A DNA stretch of 63,583 nt, counting the filler, from Phoronis australis (lineage: Eukaryota; Animalia; Phoronida), in assembly GCA_002633005.1 (NCBI GenBank). It is 8 parts of 8 records of this genome, joined end to end, with 100 filler letters (N's around TTAATTAATTAA, not from the genome) between each part and the next. Parts side by side here need not be neighbours in the genome. Positions count along the whole stretch, not along the records: positions 12,764 to 15,012 come from NMRA01003769.1; positions 15,113 to 24,261 come from NMRA01001113.1; positions 24,362 to 44,735 come from NMRA01000803.1; 5 more parts are not named here. One strand, written 5' to 3'. A program made the position numbers and the translations under genes. The notes below the pieces were generated by a model. It searched no databases. It was not told the DNA's origin and saw only the letters and a list, made by a program, of their open reading frames with translations. Below, piece by piece: positions 12,764 through 25,130 of the stretch. The first letter of the stretch is position 1; every line of letters starts with the position of its first letter.

Positions 12764-13149
12764 TCCAGTGGGAGTGTGTCGCGGGACACTCTGGCAAGTG
12801 GGACAGTTGTTCCTCTATCCGTGCTATGCCGGAGGTCCATTTAACCATGTCCAGTAGTGGCTTGGCCTCGTCGAACTCTGAACAGCACAAGCATTCCATT
12901 GAGGTAGGCATAACAACGCACACAGTGTATTTGCACCAAGATGTGTCACCACGTCTGTGAGTATCCGCCTCGTTTCTCTCAACAGCTGCCTGCGCCTGTG
13001 CGAGCGTACTCTGCCTCGTTATACTCGGGCTCAAACATGTACCCACCCACTGAATGTCCGTGAAAAAATTCCTCGTCACCACTGCTGTGAACAAGGTCTC
13101 CGTCACTCACACTACTGTCACTGTGATACGGATCACCGACTCCAGCCAT
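12764..13149 (-). pseudogene. KolX-like / P2X7 C-terminal-like Cys-rich ORF, frameshifted and cut by contig end
   Basis: ATG at 13149 gives MAGVGDPY...GGYMFEPEYNE. After a frameshift it reads RRGDTSWCKYTVCVVMPTSMECLCCSEFDE. YMFEP and WC.C..C..MPT..EC.CC.E are hallmarks of this family. Confidence 0.8.
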
Positions 13150-13484
13150 TTTCAGCTTACAACAAACTAAACAATCCCTAAATCCAACGTAGTTGAGTTC
13201 TCTACTAACCTATCTTGCCGCAGAATACTCGCCGATGGAAAGTGGAGGCGACAATTGTTGAAAAACAGCACAAAACAAAAGTAGAATAGAACAGATTCGC
13301 ACGGTAAAGTCAACGCAAAACCAAGTGGCGGGAAACGCTTGCCTCCTAAAACGTCACTTCCGGAGTAGCGGACGAGTAATTAATAAAATTACGAAAAGCT
13401 GTAATTANAGTGGAAAATATGTCTAGGATAACCAACCAACCTTATTTTAGCTCAAAATGACATGGAAAAAGGTTGCCTTCGCCT
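12764..13484 (-). mobile_element. Kolobok DNA transposon end
   Basis: Ends GGTTGCCTTCGCCT|TTAA. The last ~150 bp recur at about 47300-47443 with the same TTAA junction. Contains a KolX-like ORF. Confidence 0.75.
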
Positions 13485-13749
13485 TTAAGGTCGACCATGA
13501 ACCCTTAATGAGAGGTAGATTCCTGACATCATTCTGGCTTCTGTGGATCGAGCTTCCGCCAATGTGATAAGATATTCATCTCCGCGACAAAAAAGATTGG
13601 AGATATTGTAAAATCTGTGATGGTGTCCATCTCGAGGCAGAACCAGTCTGTCGAAAGTGAAGCGCAGTCTGACTCCACTAGAGTAGCTTACAATGATCTT
13701 CTTCACAAGATCTGAAATACGGTAGTGCGACGAAGCGACGTATCTCAGT

Positions 13750-14330
13750 AGGTGTGGAATTGAACCGTATGCAAGTAAGCTTGTTTTTTCTTCTTTGTCT
13801 CAGATATGACTTGGCTCAAAACACTGGTGAGCTCTACGCATCTTTCAAAAATGGGATGCCTCCCTTCTGGATGGAAGTGTCAACATACATGTACAAGTTG
13901 GTAGTCATGTACTCGGTCAGTCTTCTAGGAACAACTGAAAGAAAATTTCCCTCTCGATAATCAGAAGCGAACTGATGCAGAATTGTTCAATTGGACCGGA
14001 GTCTTTCTCTCTCGGCAAAAAACAACCTTCTGCAATCTTCCATTCTTTTGGTATCACACCTTTGGACCATATTTTCCTCAGGAACTGTCACAATCGTCTC
14101 AGGAGCTCTGGGCACTTCTTGTAAACATTATATGGATTGCCACTTCACCCAGAAGCTGATCCTGACCTTGCCCTCTTGACCACCTCTTGCACACCCTTCC
14201 ACAATGGCATCCCTGTTGGTTGGTCTACGGATCTAATTCTCCTGCACTCACTTAGTGACATTTGCCTCTTCACATCTCTGTGCGCTTCTCTCAAGTAGTT
14301 CTCGGCGTCTCCCATAAAAGACTTTAGATA
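13750..14330 (-). mobile_element. Degenerate non-LTR retrotransposon RT fragment (HERO/NeSL-like)
   Basis: Broken translation VQEVVKRARSGSASG*SGNPYNVYKKCPELLRRL...IWSKGVIPKEWKIAEGCF...RRLTEYM...VDTSIQKGGIP...AYGSIPH, covering the N-terminal RT motifs. Confidence 0.85.
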
Positions 14331-16974
14331 TCCTGACTTCTCCAGGTTCCTCGTAAACTTAAATAGATTTTCTGGGTTTTTTTTAAGGTCAAGAAGTCAA
14401 TCTCATCCACAAAATAGAGACCCCAACGTGATTTTTGGCGATAAAAGTAATTATATTCCTTTCGTATTATCACAAAGAATATGGAACTGTGGTAGTCTCA
14501 TGGAAAAGACAAAGCGTGCCGTTCAGCAGGGTGGCTGTTGCGACCAGTATCCATAAAAATGGCGCTTTTTCTTAAAAATCCGTCCAAAAAGGTTCAGTTT
14601 GAGAGTTTGGAACTCAGTTAAAGTCAGAGTCGCTTTCTTGGTCAATTCCATAAATTTGACAGAAGGGTTTTATAGTATGCATAATTGTTATTACAATTAT
14701 GAAATTATTTTTACGACATGGCATCTCTTCACTATGTTCTATTTTTGGCGATCAGAGAATCCGGGTAAAAGGCCTACATGTTTATGAAATCAATTACTAA
14801 ATAACGGTGTCAAACCCCTACGAAAAGGAGACCTTTAGGAAGCTTTATATGAATGAGTTCCTTTCCGTGTCTATTCTCAAATATGTGTGGGTATCCTAAT
14901 TTTCTATTTGCACCTTGTCAATAATATAAATGTGTGCCCCCGCGAGAGAGAGAGAGAGAGGAGGCAACGATCTCATACCCCATAAAATACTGTTTGGCAA
15001 CGTTTCTATCGTNNNNNNNNNNNNNNNNNNNNNNNNNNNNNNNNNNNNNNNNNNNNTTAATTAATTAANNNNNNNNNNNNNNNNNNNNNNNNNNNNNNNN
15101 NNNNNNNNNNNNTGTAACACGTTTTGTTGTTTAACGTCTTAATTTTTTCGAAACTAAATTGCGACGTAAAAACTGTTTAACCTCGCTTCTGTGGTTTGAT
15201 TGTGGACACGCTACGTCTACGATACTTGCCAACTAGCTCTTTGGTGGTTTGTCTCGCCATCTTGGCATCCTGCCGCACCTTGGGATTCATAGAGAAATGC
15301 ACTTATATATTACAGCGACAAAGTGCTATTGGGCGAGTTTGGGAGTAAAAACAGTAAATTTCTAGCTCAATTCGGCTGGCACACTCAACTATATGGACTG
15401 CTCTTTTTGTCGTAGTGCCCCACCTCCTCAATTCGGGTATCCCGTTTTTTATTCTCACATAATGAGCATTGCACGAGTTCACAAAAGAACTAATCTAATT
15501 CTACCGTCTCTGACTATCGGAATCGACTTATATAGTCCGGTTACCTATCGTCGTCAGGCTCCAAAGGTCGTCCGCCATCTTGTTTCGCGTGCAGCCACGC
15601 GGGACTTAGCGTTCCAATTTGGAGTGCTCGTCTGCACGTTAGGTACTAACCTCTCGGGAAAAACACGCATGGAAGAACTGAGACTAAAATTAGTGCATTT
15701 ACCGACTGTTTTTTTGAGACCACTTAAAAACTTGTCNGAGTCACGCCACTAGCAAAAATTTTTGTTGGAACATCTGCTTACACACACCTTTTTTAGCATA
15801 CGAAAAGTCCACCCCGGCCAACCCGCGATCGAGAACGCCCGGAAGGCGATCCAGAACGAGACCTTACACCAAAAACGGCAGACGATAGTGAAGTACCCGG
15901 TGAGTTTAAGTGTCATTTTCTTATTAAATAGAGGCTACTTTGGTACCAATGCGACACACCGAAAAGCGTCAGAGCTTAGCCTTTGTTGTAGATCTGAAAT
16001 GATACTTGGCTTTTGCTATTTTTTGAAATAGAGACCGCAGAATGCAATGGCTTTCGGTAAAAGGACTTGCGTCTCGTAAATTCGTCAATTTTTACTTGTT
16101 ATTATAAATGGGTAAATAAAACAACATAGTCAATTGTCATTTGGGGTTTGATTTTACTTTATTTCTGTTTTTGTTGACAAAGGAAGTTATTACATCCGAA
16201 AATTTCAAATTTCAGATAATCCATTCTTGTTGTTTTATTTACCGATTTATATTCTTCATTTCATGAAACAATAATATCCTTGGGAGGATCTGGATCGCCT
16301 TATTTAGTTTCAGATATATTTTCTAAGTTACTTGTTATTAGCAATTCCTGGGTTCTTCAGTGGACACGTGTGACTTTTATAGTTAAATCGTCCCTGGTGA
16401 CATCTTTGTTAGTTATAATTTGGGAAACAATTCGAGCTATCTACCGATACAAGCAGATCCTTGTGTGAGACGGCGATCGGGAACGAAGTTGTTAATTCTC
16501 CGTGGCGATCGTGAACGCACATTTCTTTTCTGTGCATTTTCCTAAATAATTGTTCAAGTTACGGTGTTATATCAGTAATTTTAGAATAATACGACCATGA
16601 ATTAGTTGACAGGTCAATCTTTTGTTATACTTTCACCGTTTTTTATGATTTCTGTGTGAGATTTAGCCTCACAAATATGATTAAATGCGTTTGATTTTTC
16701 AGTTGAACTGTAGCCGCATGAGGAGTCCTTCAGAGTGTTAACATACACGCCTTCAAAAAAAAGTACCGGTAGCACAACTGCTGCATTTGACAAAGGGCTG
16801 TGTATGCATATATGTTGTGGAGTTTCGTTCAGGATGAAATCTTTTTTGTATAACCACATGACATTAAAACACAGTGTCACTCACTAGCTGCAAGCAAGAC
16901 CTTTACCAGCCTCGTGTTGCATGGAGCAAGATTTTTTTTACCGCATAAGAAAACACAATATGAAGCATAGTGCT

Positions 16975-17028
16975 CAGGAACCAAGTTGTTTCAGTGCCCT
17001 ATCTGCGATCAATGTTTCACAGAAAGAG
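16975..17028 (+). pseudogene. C2H2 zinc-finger-like exon remnant inside the transposon
   Basis: SGTKLFQCPICDQCFTER followed by gtaag; resembles TGEKPFQC..C...F. Confidence 0.35.
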
Positions 17029-18153
17029 TAAGCCTGGGGACATTCCTTGTTGTAAGTTGTGAATGTGTCATGCAAACAGTATGCCTCCTTCTACAGACAC
17101 GAGAATCAGAATCACCATGGATAAAATTATTCAGTCCAGTAGTGAAAGTTGTTAAGTCATGAAACTTTATTCAGATTTACAGAGTTTATGGTTGGTAGTT
17201 GTCTGATGTGATAGTATTTTGACGTTTTGTTTTGAACCGTTTTCCTATTTGTGTTATTTCAGCGGCATCTTTAACAGAACCAGTGCATTTTTGTTGTGTT
17301 TGGGTACATTTAAATGGCCACTCTATGTGTCATTGGGTGATTCTTACATACAATTGTTATGACCAATTAGTATTTTAAAAGAAAACTATATGTCTGCCAT
17401 AACTATAGAAACTGTTTTCATATTGTTGTTAATTCCCTGTGAGAGAATTTTATACTATGAACCTTTCCGAAATAGATTGTCTGTGATTCAGTGATGATTT
17501 AGTCTAATACACTCCAAAAATAATTCGCAAGAAATGTACACTGGATGTGTTACGTTGATTTCCCTAAAGTAATGTTTTATATATTTTTTTCGTATGACCA
17601 ATTTTGTGGTATGTGTGATAAAAGATTAATAATATTTATTGCTTTAATATTGTTGTTGATTTCCTGTGTAATCACTACACTGTGTCTTGAAGTGATGTTA
17701 AAGACAACATTTTAACTACGTTTTTGAGAAAATCACAATAGAGTAGGTGTATTATACCTCGCCTCACTCTTTTTCAATGTCACGTTAAAATGGAGATCAT
17801 GAACTGCAGAAGATGCACTCAGGACCAATACTACAAAACAGAAGAGTCAAACATATGTTGTGTATATCCAAGCCACACAAGTGCCACGAGTCAATATTTT
17901 CATCTCTGTATTGATAATATCAGTAAAACATCCAACAAAACATCACCCGTTCTATCAATAAAACACTATTTCTGGCATTTTTTAAAATCCCAGACGTTCA
18001 TGAGCGGTAATCTTTGAATCACCTCACGAATGGTGTTGCCGCACTCTTCTCGCTCCGCACAGGCACGCTCATCATCATTCTTTAATTTCAATGGCGTATT
18101 TGTTTTTTTCTTTTGCTGTCACAATCTTGCAAGAAGATTCGGCACTCGCTTTC

Positions 18154-18461
18154 CAGGGACGGATCCAGGATTTTGAGTTAGGGGGGCAGGGCACAGGAAT
18201 AGTCAGAATTTTGCCACAAGGGCGCACCCAGCCTAAAATGTAGGGTGCAGGGGTCTCGAATTTTTGGGTTTGTGGACCTTAGTACTAAAAAAAGGTACAC
18301 GGGGTTTGTTCAAGGCCTATGAATTGCGCATTAACCGCTCGAGCCCACTTGGGTGGGCGCATATGCTAGTCGGCAATTCGCACCCCGGACTGCCAAATGG
18401 TATCTGGGAGAATTTTAGGGGGCATGCCCCCCTTGAAATCCCCCTTCTAAATCCGCCACTG
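18154..18461. mobile_element. MITE family B (CAGGGGCGGATC...GATCCGCCACTG type) with 5-bp TSD CTTTC
   Basis: TIRs and TSD read directly. Related copies lie at ~2575-2812 (partial), 21996-22240, 30532-30842 (TSD GAATT), 42982-43057 (TSD GGTAG) and ~39508. Confidence 0.8.
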
Positions 18462-20084
18462 CTTTCATCTGCATCAACAATTTGTTTACTCCTGGCTTAC
18501 ACGCCACATGGAACAATTGCTGGGCGAGCCTTAGTTTAGAACCCCTTGTTCCACTTGGTTTCGTCTAAAAGTATATGTCTGTATTTAAAAACCCTGGTAG
18601 GGTGTACTTTCACGCCCTGATTAATGTGTTCGTTGAATCTCGCCTCACAACAATAACAGTGAACGTGCTTCCTGAAATGAAAATAAATTCATTTGTAAAA
18701 ATATATAATTAAAATAGGGCTTGATGTACATGTAGTCGCTCATTTTAATTTAATGGTAATGCTATGATATCGTTTAGTTTGGAAACGAAAGTAACAGTAA
18801 TGACTCAAAATGTGATTAATTCATTGCACCACACTTATTTTGTAGCCCTTTTCACGTTTTATAACTAAAAAGTTCATAACTGTTCGGCACACCACGATGC
18901 GTTCTCGATCGCATAAACAACACAAAAATTTGCGTTTCCGATCGCTTATCTTTGCGTTCTCGATCGCATCTTTCAACAGAAAAGTGTCAAAAAATCAGAG
19001 ATCCTGGAAAAACTACGAAAAGCAAGCGTTGTGTTATACTTTCACAAGTCACTTCTTCATAACTTCATGGTAAATTTATTGATTTAGTGCCAAAAATAAC
19101 CGCAATTTTCCAAAATGACATACGAATCACCTTTGACTCCAGCGATGCCTCGTTCAACGTAACTGATCTCCTATAATTGAAAGAGACACTAGCCCAAACC
19201 TCTACCTACCCTTCCTCAATGTGTTACGCCTTGAACTCATGTCTCTGCTTTCACATTGGAAGTAAAAACAACGTAAATTCATCAAATTTACTCACCTTGC
19301 CTGGCTTCTCTTTTCGCAATCGGTTTCGTTCTCGATCGCTTTCCGGTCGTTCTCGATCGCAGGTTGGCGGGGGTGAAGTCGTATATGAAAAAGTGTGGTG
19401 TGTATACAGGGGTTTAGACAACTTCCAAATATTCAAGAGCATAAGGAGCACCGATGGGGCGTAAAAACTTGAATATCAGATGATCGCGTAACAGCAGCCT
19501 CAAGTTGTTTAAGAACGAAGACCTGTACTGTTAGTCCGGAAATAAACATGTGTTCTGTCTCGTTACAAGAAAAACTAGAGAGCGATGGTGCTCTCTGCTC
19601 ATAGTATATTATTAAAAGCGACAATAAATAGTTAAGTATCACTTTATTAAGCTGAATCACATTGACAACAATTGAAAAACGTCAAATGTATCAGGAAACA
19701 AATCATCTGAAAACAGTTTCACGAAACCAAAACCTCTTATGCACAGTGGTGAAAAGATACACTGGACTAGTTTGCAGAGGGACCAGACGTACACTGAGAG
19801 TACACAGAAAGGCTGACTTGGTCCGTCACGAGACCAAGAGTACACCTGTGCTTATTATCCCTATAAAAATAGTCGATCTGTCGCGGGACCAAATAGTACT
19901 GGGTGAGATAAATAGTTTTAGAAAGCACACTTTGGTAAAAAAATCACAATACTAGTGGCGCCGAGGGACCAGAAGTACACTGAAACTCAACATCTACACA
20001 AATCAAGCTGGCCTGGTCCGTCTCGAGACCTAAAGTGTACTATGCAAAAAAAAATGAATTGAAAACGTCTCTCACTTTTTAATC

Positions 20085-20760
20085 CCCAGTAGTTACTCAT
20101 ACGTTAGTTCTATACTCCTGTTGTCTAGACTGCCGAGGAATTTGTATATCTGATCCAATGATTTGCTCGTCTTGGAACCATTCTACCCAGATATCTTCGA
20201 TGTTTGTTCCCAATGCTTGCACTTCGTCAACTGCTGTGTCAATGAGCTTGTAAGCCTCTACAATGTCAGCATCTCGTTTCGCAGCTCAGTTGGCACTAAG
20301 ACCCTTGAGTTTGCCAAGTCCATTCAAAAGACTTTCATGCGCAACTAAATTTGATCCGTTCATCACAGACTACTTCAAAGCTTGACGATGTATCCCAGGA
20401 CCTATTTGCATCTCTTGCAATTTTCGAAATAAACGTCCCAATGTCTAAACGCTTGAAACCCGAAGTACTAACATCAAATAAATGCCCATGGGCATGAGCG
20501 TTTCATCGGGTGGGCTTTTCTGCAGAAATTCCCAGTATAGAAGACGGCAGTGTGCTTATTGCAGGTAGAAAGACGTTAGGTGTTGAGGTCGGAACTAGGG
20601 CTCCTTAGGAGGCCTATTGAATATCGCACGAGTCCAGCAAGACTTTGTTGTGAAAGAACAGCCTCCCCGCAATTTCTTGTACTGTACACTGTTCACGAAT
20701 GCGGTCACTTTGTCAATGTGAGTGCCCCCTTCTTGGTCATTCCTTGTATAGACATAACTT
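20085..20760 (-). mobile_element. Degenerate hAT transposase fragment (THAP12/PRKRIR-like)
   Basis: Translation ...RDADIVEAYKLIDTAVDEVQALGTNIEDIWVEWFQDEQIIGSDIQIPRQSRQQEYRTNV fits the hAT pattern LQK.D.DI..AY.....V...L...R...PR...RQ..R.N. Multiple frameshifts. Confidence 0.7.
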
Positions 20761-20906
20761 GTTAGAGTGTATCTTCAAACGGAATCGCGACCAGACCACG
20801 GAGCCCGCCACAATAGCAATTCTTCGGAAAAAGATTTTTTTTCACAAATATTACATGTACATGTGCAATGTATGATATTGCGTAAGACAACATTACTATA
20901 CATCAG

Positions 20907-21810
20907 TGTCAGAATAAATATTGATTAAGTAATTAGTAAGAATAGATCCATTTTAAGTTGCCCAAAATTTGTGCATATGTACTTTTAAATCATGGGGTCA
21001 GACTTGTTGACATGTATTTTAACGTCAAAATCTATTTTTAAATGGTGTTTACAACTTTGGGTTCTGGGGTCAAAGTACTCTAGAGATTCTAGAATATTCT
21101 GAGAACAAATTGTAACAGCCAATAATACGAGTGGATATGATCATGTGGTTTTTATTAGCCAATCACTAAATAAGTAGAATGTTATATTATGGGCTGAAAT
21201 CAGCAAGATAATTACATGTAGATGCGCTAAAGTAGTTGAAGCATAAAGACTTGCTACAGTGTACAGAAGCAGTTGTACGACAGAGCCATCTCGTGGAAGA
21301 TTCTAGAAAGGATCTTGGCAAGGGCAAGGGTTAACGAACCGGAAGTTAACTAAGAGCTTGTCACTTGCATTGTGGGTAGTAAGATACTACCTGAAGTGTT
21401 GCGTCATCAGCCAGAGACTGTGACCAGCAAGAAGAGTCGCGGGTAGAAGAAATTGCCTGCAAGTGTTGCATCACCAAAGACGGTGACCAGCAAGTACACT
21501 GTCGCTATACAGTGTGTGTAGTTCGAAGATTCACCAACAGGACAGACATCCAACAAGTGGAGAGTCCTAGCCTGGATAGCAGATAAGACATTTGATCGTT
21601 TGGTTGTTTGATTAAAGTAATCTTTAAAGAGGGCGCTAGTGTAGTTTCTCTTTGTAGTTGATTACTTAATTAACAATAGGTTTCATTTGTCTAATTAGGG
21701 GTTATCATATAATAAATTAATTACTGGATTTGATTATTCACTCTCCATCTATGCACAACTTAAAACCATAGCTACCTTTTAAACAAACCCACACAGTCAA
21801 ACATCTGACA
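20907..21810 (+). mobile_element. Solo LTR (904 bp) with 5-bp TSD ATCAG
   Basis: TGTCAGA...TCTGACA termini; ATCAG at 20902-20906 and 21811-21815; internal AATAAA at about 21711; no internal ORF. Confidence 0.85.
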
Positions 21811-23651
21811 ATCAGTTACAAACGTGTAGAGTGTAATAGAATGGCACGGCATGACAGATGAGGTAAAAACGTTGCACGTCAATTCGCCTGAATATCAAGG
21901 TTGCGGCACCACAGTATTTCCCGTAATCAAATAAAAACATATCTTAGAGTAAAGAAGCTAGTTACTTAAAGAAATCAGCTATAGAACTGCTCTTTCAGCG
22001 GGGGATCCATCTAAAATGCTTGGCTACTTCAGAAGTGTCGATGAGCCTCAAAGACTCAGCAATTCAAAATGCAAAAAATACATTTTCAGAGTGAACCCCC
22101 CTCAATTTTTTCCAAGTTGGTTTACTTGGGGTTACCACACGCTAGCGGTGCCGTTTTTGTTTTGCTGGAGACTTTTTTGTTTTTTTATTTTTGGGTCCTG
22201 GCCCAAGAGGGGGTTTAAACCCCCCATAGATCCGCCACTGATATGCGCACAGTTGTATTCATGTACTTACCTATCACGGGAAACACGTGAAAGTTATGCC
22301 ACCCCCAAAAATTCGTATCGTTAAAGGATATTAACGGAACCTGTACTTGACTCAGAGATTTGAGGATCTGAGGGTGAATTGTTTTTTGTTGTCTCTCCAC
22401 CTCGGAAAGCCTTGACGTTTATCGACCGACTAAAGAGAATCTTCCAGCGGGATGAATTCGCCTTTTAAATAAAATGATTGGTCTAATTCGCGAAATTGAC
22501 TTATTGAATTTAAAAACCCAGTAAGTTAGTACGCTCCGCAAAAGCTTCGCTTTACGAATTTTCTCGAATTTTCGAAATATGTGTATGATTGATTTCGTGC
22601 ACGTTTTCAAGTGTATTTAGACCACCTACTGCAATAGCGGAGACCCTATCGATGATGTCCTGGCCAGTGTCCTTAAAAGATAACCCATGCACTGATGCAG
22701 AGTTGTTAAATGCTCTCTTAAATTTTCTCTCTTATCCGTATTTCACAGTCTTTCTTTAGTTCTCGACTGTCCCACGCCTTTGTCGGTTGTCACGGTTTAA
22801 CCCTGGCGCCTGAAAAATTTTGGGGGCCTCCGTGCCCCCCCNTTGGCCTTTTTCTGTGTGGTTTGCTGTTCTTTCAAAAGGCGGCAGCATATGACGACCA
22901 TAGGTGTCATTATAAAATGGCTGCCGAAAAGCAATGCACAGTTGAAGAACTCGGCATAAGTAAAAGAAAACGTTTGAATCAACGAATACTATACATTTGT
23001 GAGAGTTAAATCAAATCCTATTCAGATCATAACTTTGAAGTGGAATGATTGGGTGAGTACGACAACAAGCCGGTTTTATGCTTAGGCGGACGACCATTGG
23101 GTTCCCGAGTATACACTGACCTCGATTCAGTGGACGATCACCCTTGCGGTTGATAATTTTAAGTTTTTCTCCGAATCAGCAGCCGCGTGTGTTTTAATGT
23201 GCCGTGCGGCTTCATATGCAAACACGCTGCGTATATGCTTGCACGCAGTATATGCTTGCGCAGTTACTGTTTTCACGCAAACATTATAGGCCACTTCAGT
23301 TCACCATTGGCCCATTAATTGCATGTTGTCCAAATTTTCTGACTTTTGATTGATTTGAGCATTTTTATTCCTGTTTTGGATCTTTATACAACCATTCCCT
23401 TTTGTAGGACCACTGAAACTTTAAGGTCTAACTTAAATGCTAACCCGTTGAGCCGACGGTATAACTTGGGCACCTCATTTTTTGCAAAATGAAATTCGTA
23501 CTTGTAGCACAATTAACAATGTTATGTTTTGTAGGATCCAGCTTTGTGAACGTTACGTTTTGAAGTCATATATTTTGAAAGAGTAGGACTTTGGGGGTCC
23601 CTGCTACAATGCCGTACGGACATTTTTTTAATAAAACGTGCCCTTTGGCTT

Positions 23652-24095
23652 CAGTGGCCGGTTGCATGAAACAGTCCCAAATAGGGCCTCAAGTAAGGTC
23701 CCTTAGTCTTTTTGCGTATTTGTGTCTTTAAGGACTCACAGATCCAATATTTTTCTACCATTTCTTCTTTATTATGAGCTCCTCTTTGATAATGACTTTG
23801 TCTAATAATGTAACTAAAAACTGAGCCCAGAGTTCATTGAAAATAAATAGGGACCCAGTCCTTAAATTGGGAACGTTGCCTGAAAAGATCTCTAAATATT
23901 TTCGATGATCTTAACAATTCAACCTAGAGTTCACTCTCGATTTGTATCAAAGTCAAATGTTGACTTAGTAATGAAACTAAAACAATACAAGAAAGGGCAA
24001 TCGATGTTTTCACAACTTGAGACCAAAAATACGCAGTAGATTTACGGAACTTAGTTGAATCCCTATTTGGAACAGTTTCATGCAACGGTACACTG
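23652..24095. mobile_element. MITE family A copy 2
   Basis: Same TIRs and internal sequence as 3396-3834. Confidence 0.85.
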
Positions 24096-24361
24096 GCAGA
24101 TTCTGCTATTGACGGGGGTCTTTAATGTTATTAGTTAAACTTGCAGTTGCAGAAAATTGAAGTTCCTAAGCCTAACTTCAGCAGTATTGCGAGACGTATT
24201 GTCGATTCATTGACTCATTTCGTGAAATAATAACTAAAATAATTCCACATTTCAGGTCACTNNNNNNNNNNNNNNNNNNNNNNNNNNNNNNNNNNNNNNN
24301 NNNNNTTAATTAATTAANNNNNNNNNNNNNNNNNNNNNNNNNNNNNNNNNNNNNNNNNNNN

Positions 24362-25130
24362 CAACTTCTGCCCCGACGGTGCTGTGGCCAAAGCGGAATC
24401 TAAATTCGCGGCCCCCTGAGATTTGCAGTTTCGTGGCTAATTCACTAACATAATCAGGTGCACATTATTTTGGCTCACTAGTATAGTATTTTCTTGACTG
24501 GAAGTTTAGTTTCCACTGAACTTTGGCTGGTTTATGTTTGTGATGTCTGATCAGTTTCCGAGCCACTGGCCGGGATAACGAGTCAATCCGGCCTGCCGCG
24601 ACGGGCCTGATCGGGCCGCTCCGAGCCACTGCCGGCCAGGATAACAAGCGTTTTGTGTTTAGAACTCAAAAAATCACAAGTCTAAACAACACAGATCTAG
24701 GTTCTCCTGTCTGTATCTCACGGAAAATACTTCGAAATTATCTCCAAACAGACCCCAAACTCCTGCTACCGTGACCATTGGCCTGCCGAACTTTGTAGGC
24801 TACGGTGTGTCCAAATACCAATAAATCCCTAAGAGCAAAATAAAACAACACGTTTTTATAAGAAATCGATGTATTTTCTAAGGTTTTACATCGAAGTTTG
24901 ATGATTTATTGGTGTTAAACGATGACTTCAAGCGATAACCTGACTCCAGTAACTCGTGTTGGGAACTGCTGAACAGACTGCGTGTGAAACCGATGACGTC
25001 ATTGGATAATTTCAACACCTCCCCGTCTGCCGTCAGGTGTCAGGTAACGCAACCGTACGTGTCGTTATGGAGTAGAACTACTCGATCTAAATTGATACAA
25101 ATTAGGTTGTTTTTTGGGTGGCATGCTCCT
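24362..25130. mobile_element. Kolobok-like non-autonomous element; inverted homolog at ~50600-51125
   Basis: About 500 bp of homology with the 50.6-51.1 kb region in reverse; ends CTCCT|TTAA. Confidence 0.55.

Larger units (their letters stand above)
15781..19402. mobile_element. 3.6-kb DNA transposon with ~85-bp CAC...GTG TIRs flanked by TA
   Basis: Left end CACACACCTTTTTTAGCATACG...CCAACCCGCGATCGAGAACG. Right end reverse complement CACACCACACTTTTTCATATACG...CCAACCTGCGATCGAGAACG. TA on both sides. Subterminal GCGATCG(A/G/T)GAACG repeats lie at about 16470-16520 and 18900-18970. Confidence 0.75.
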
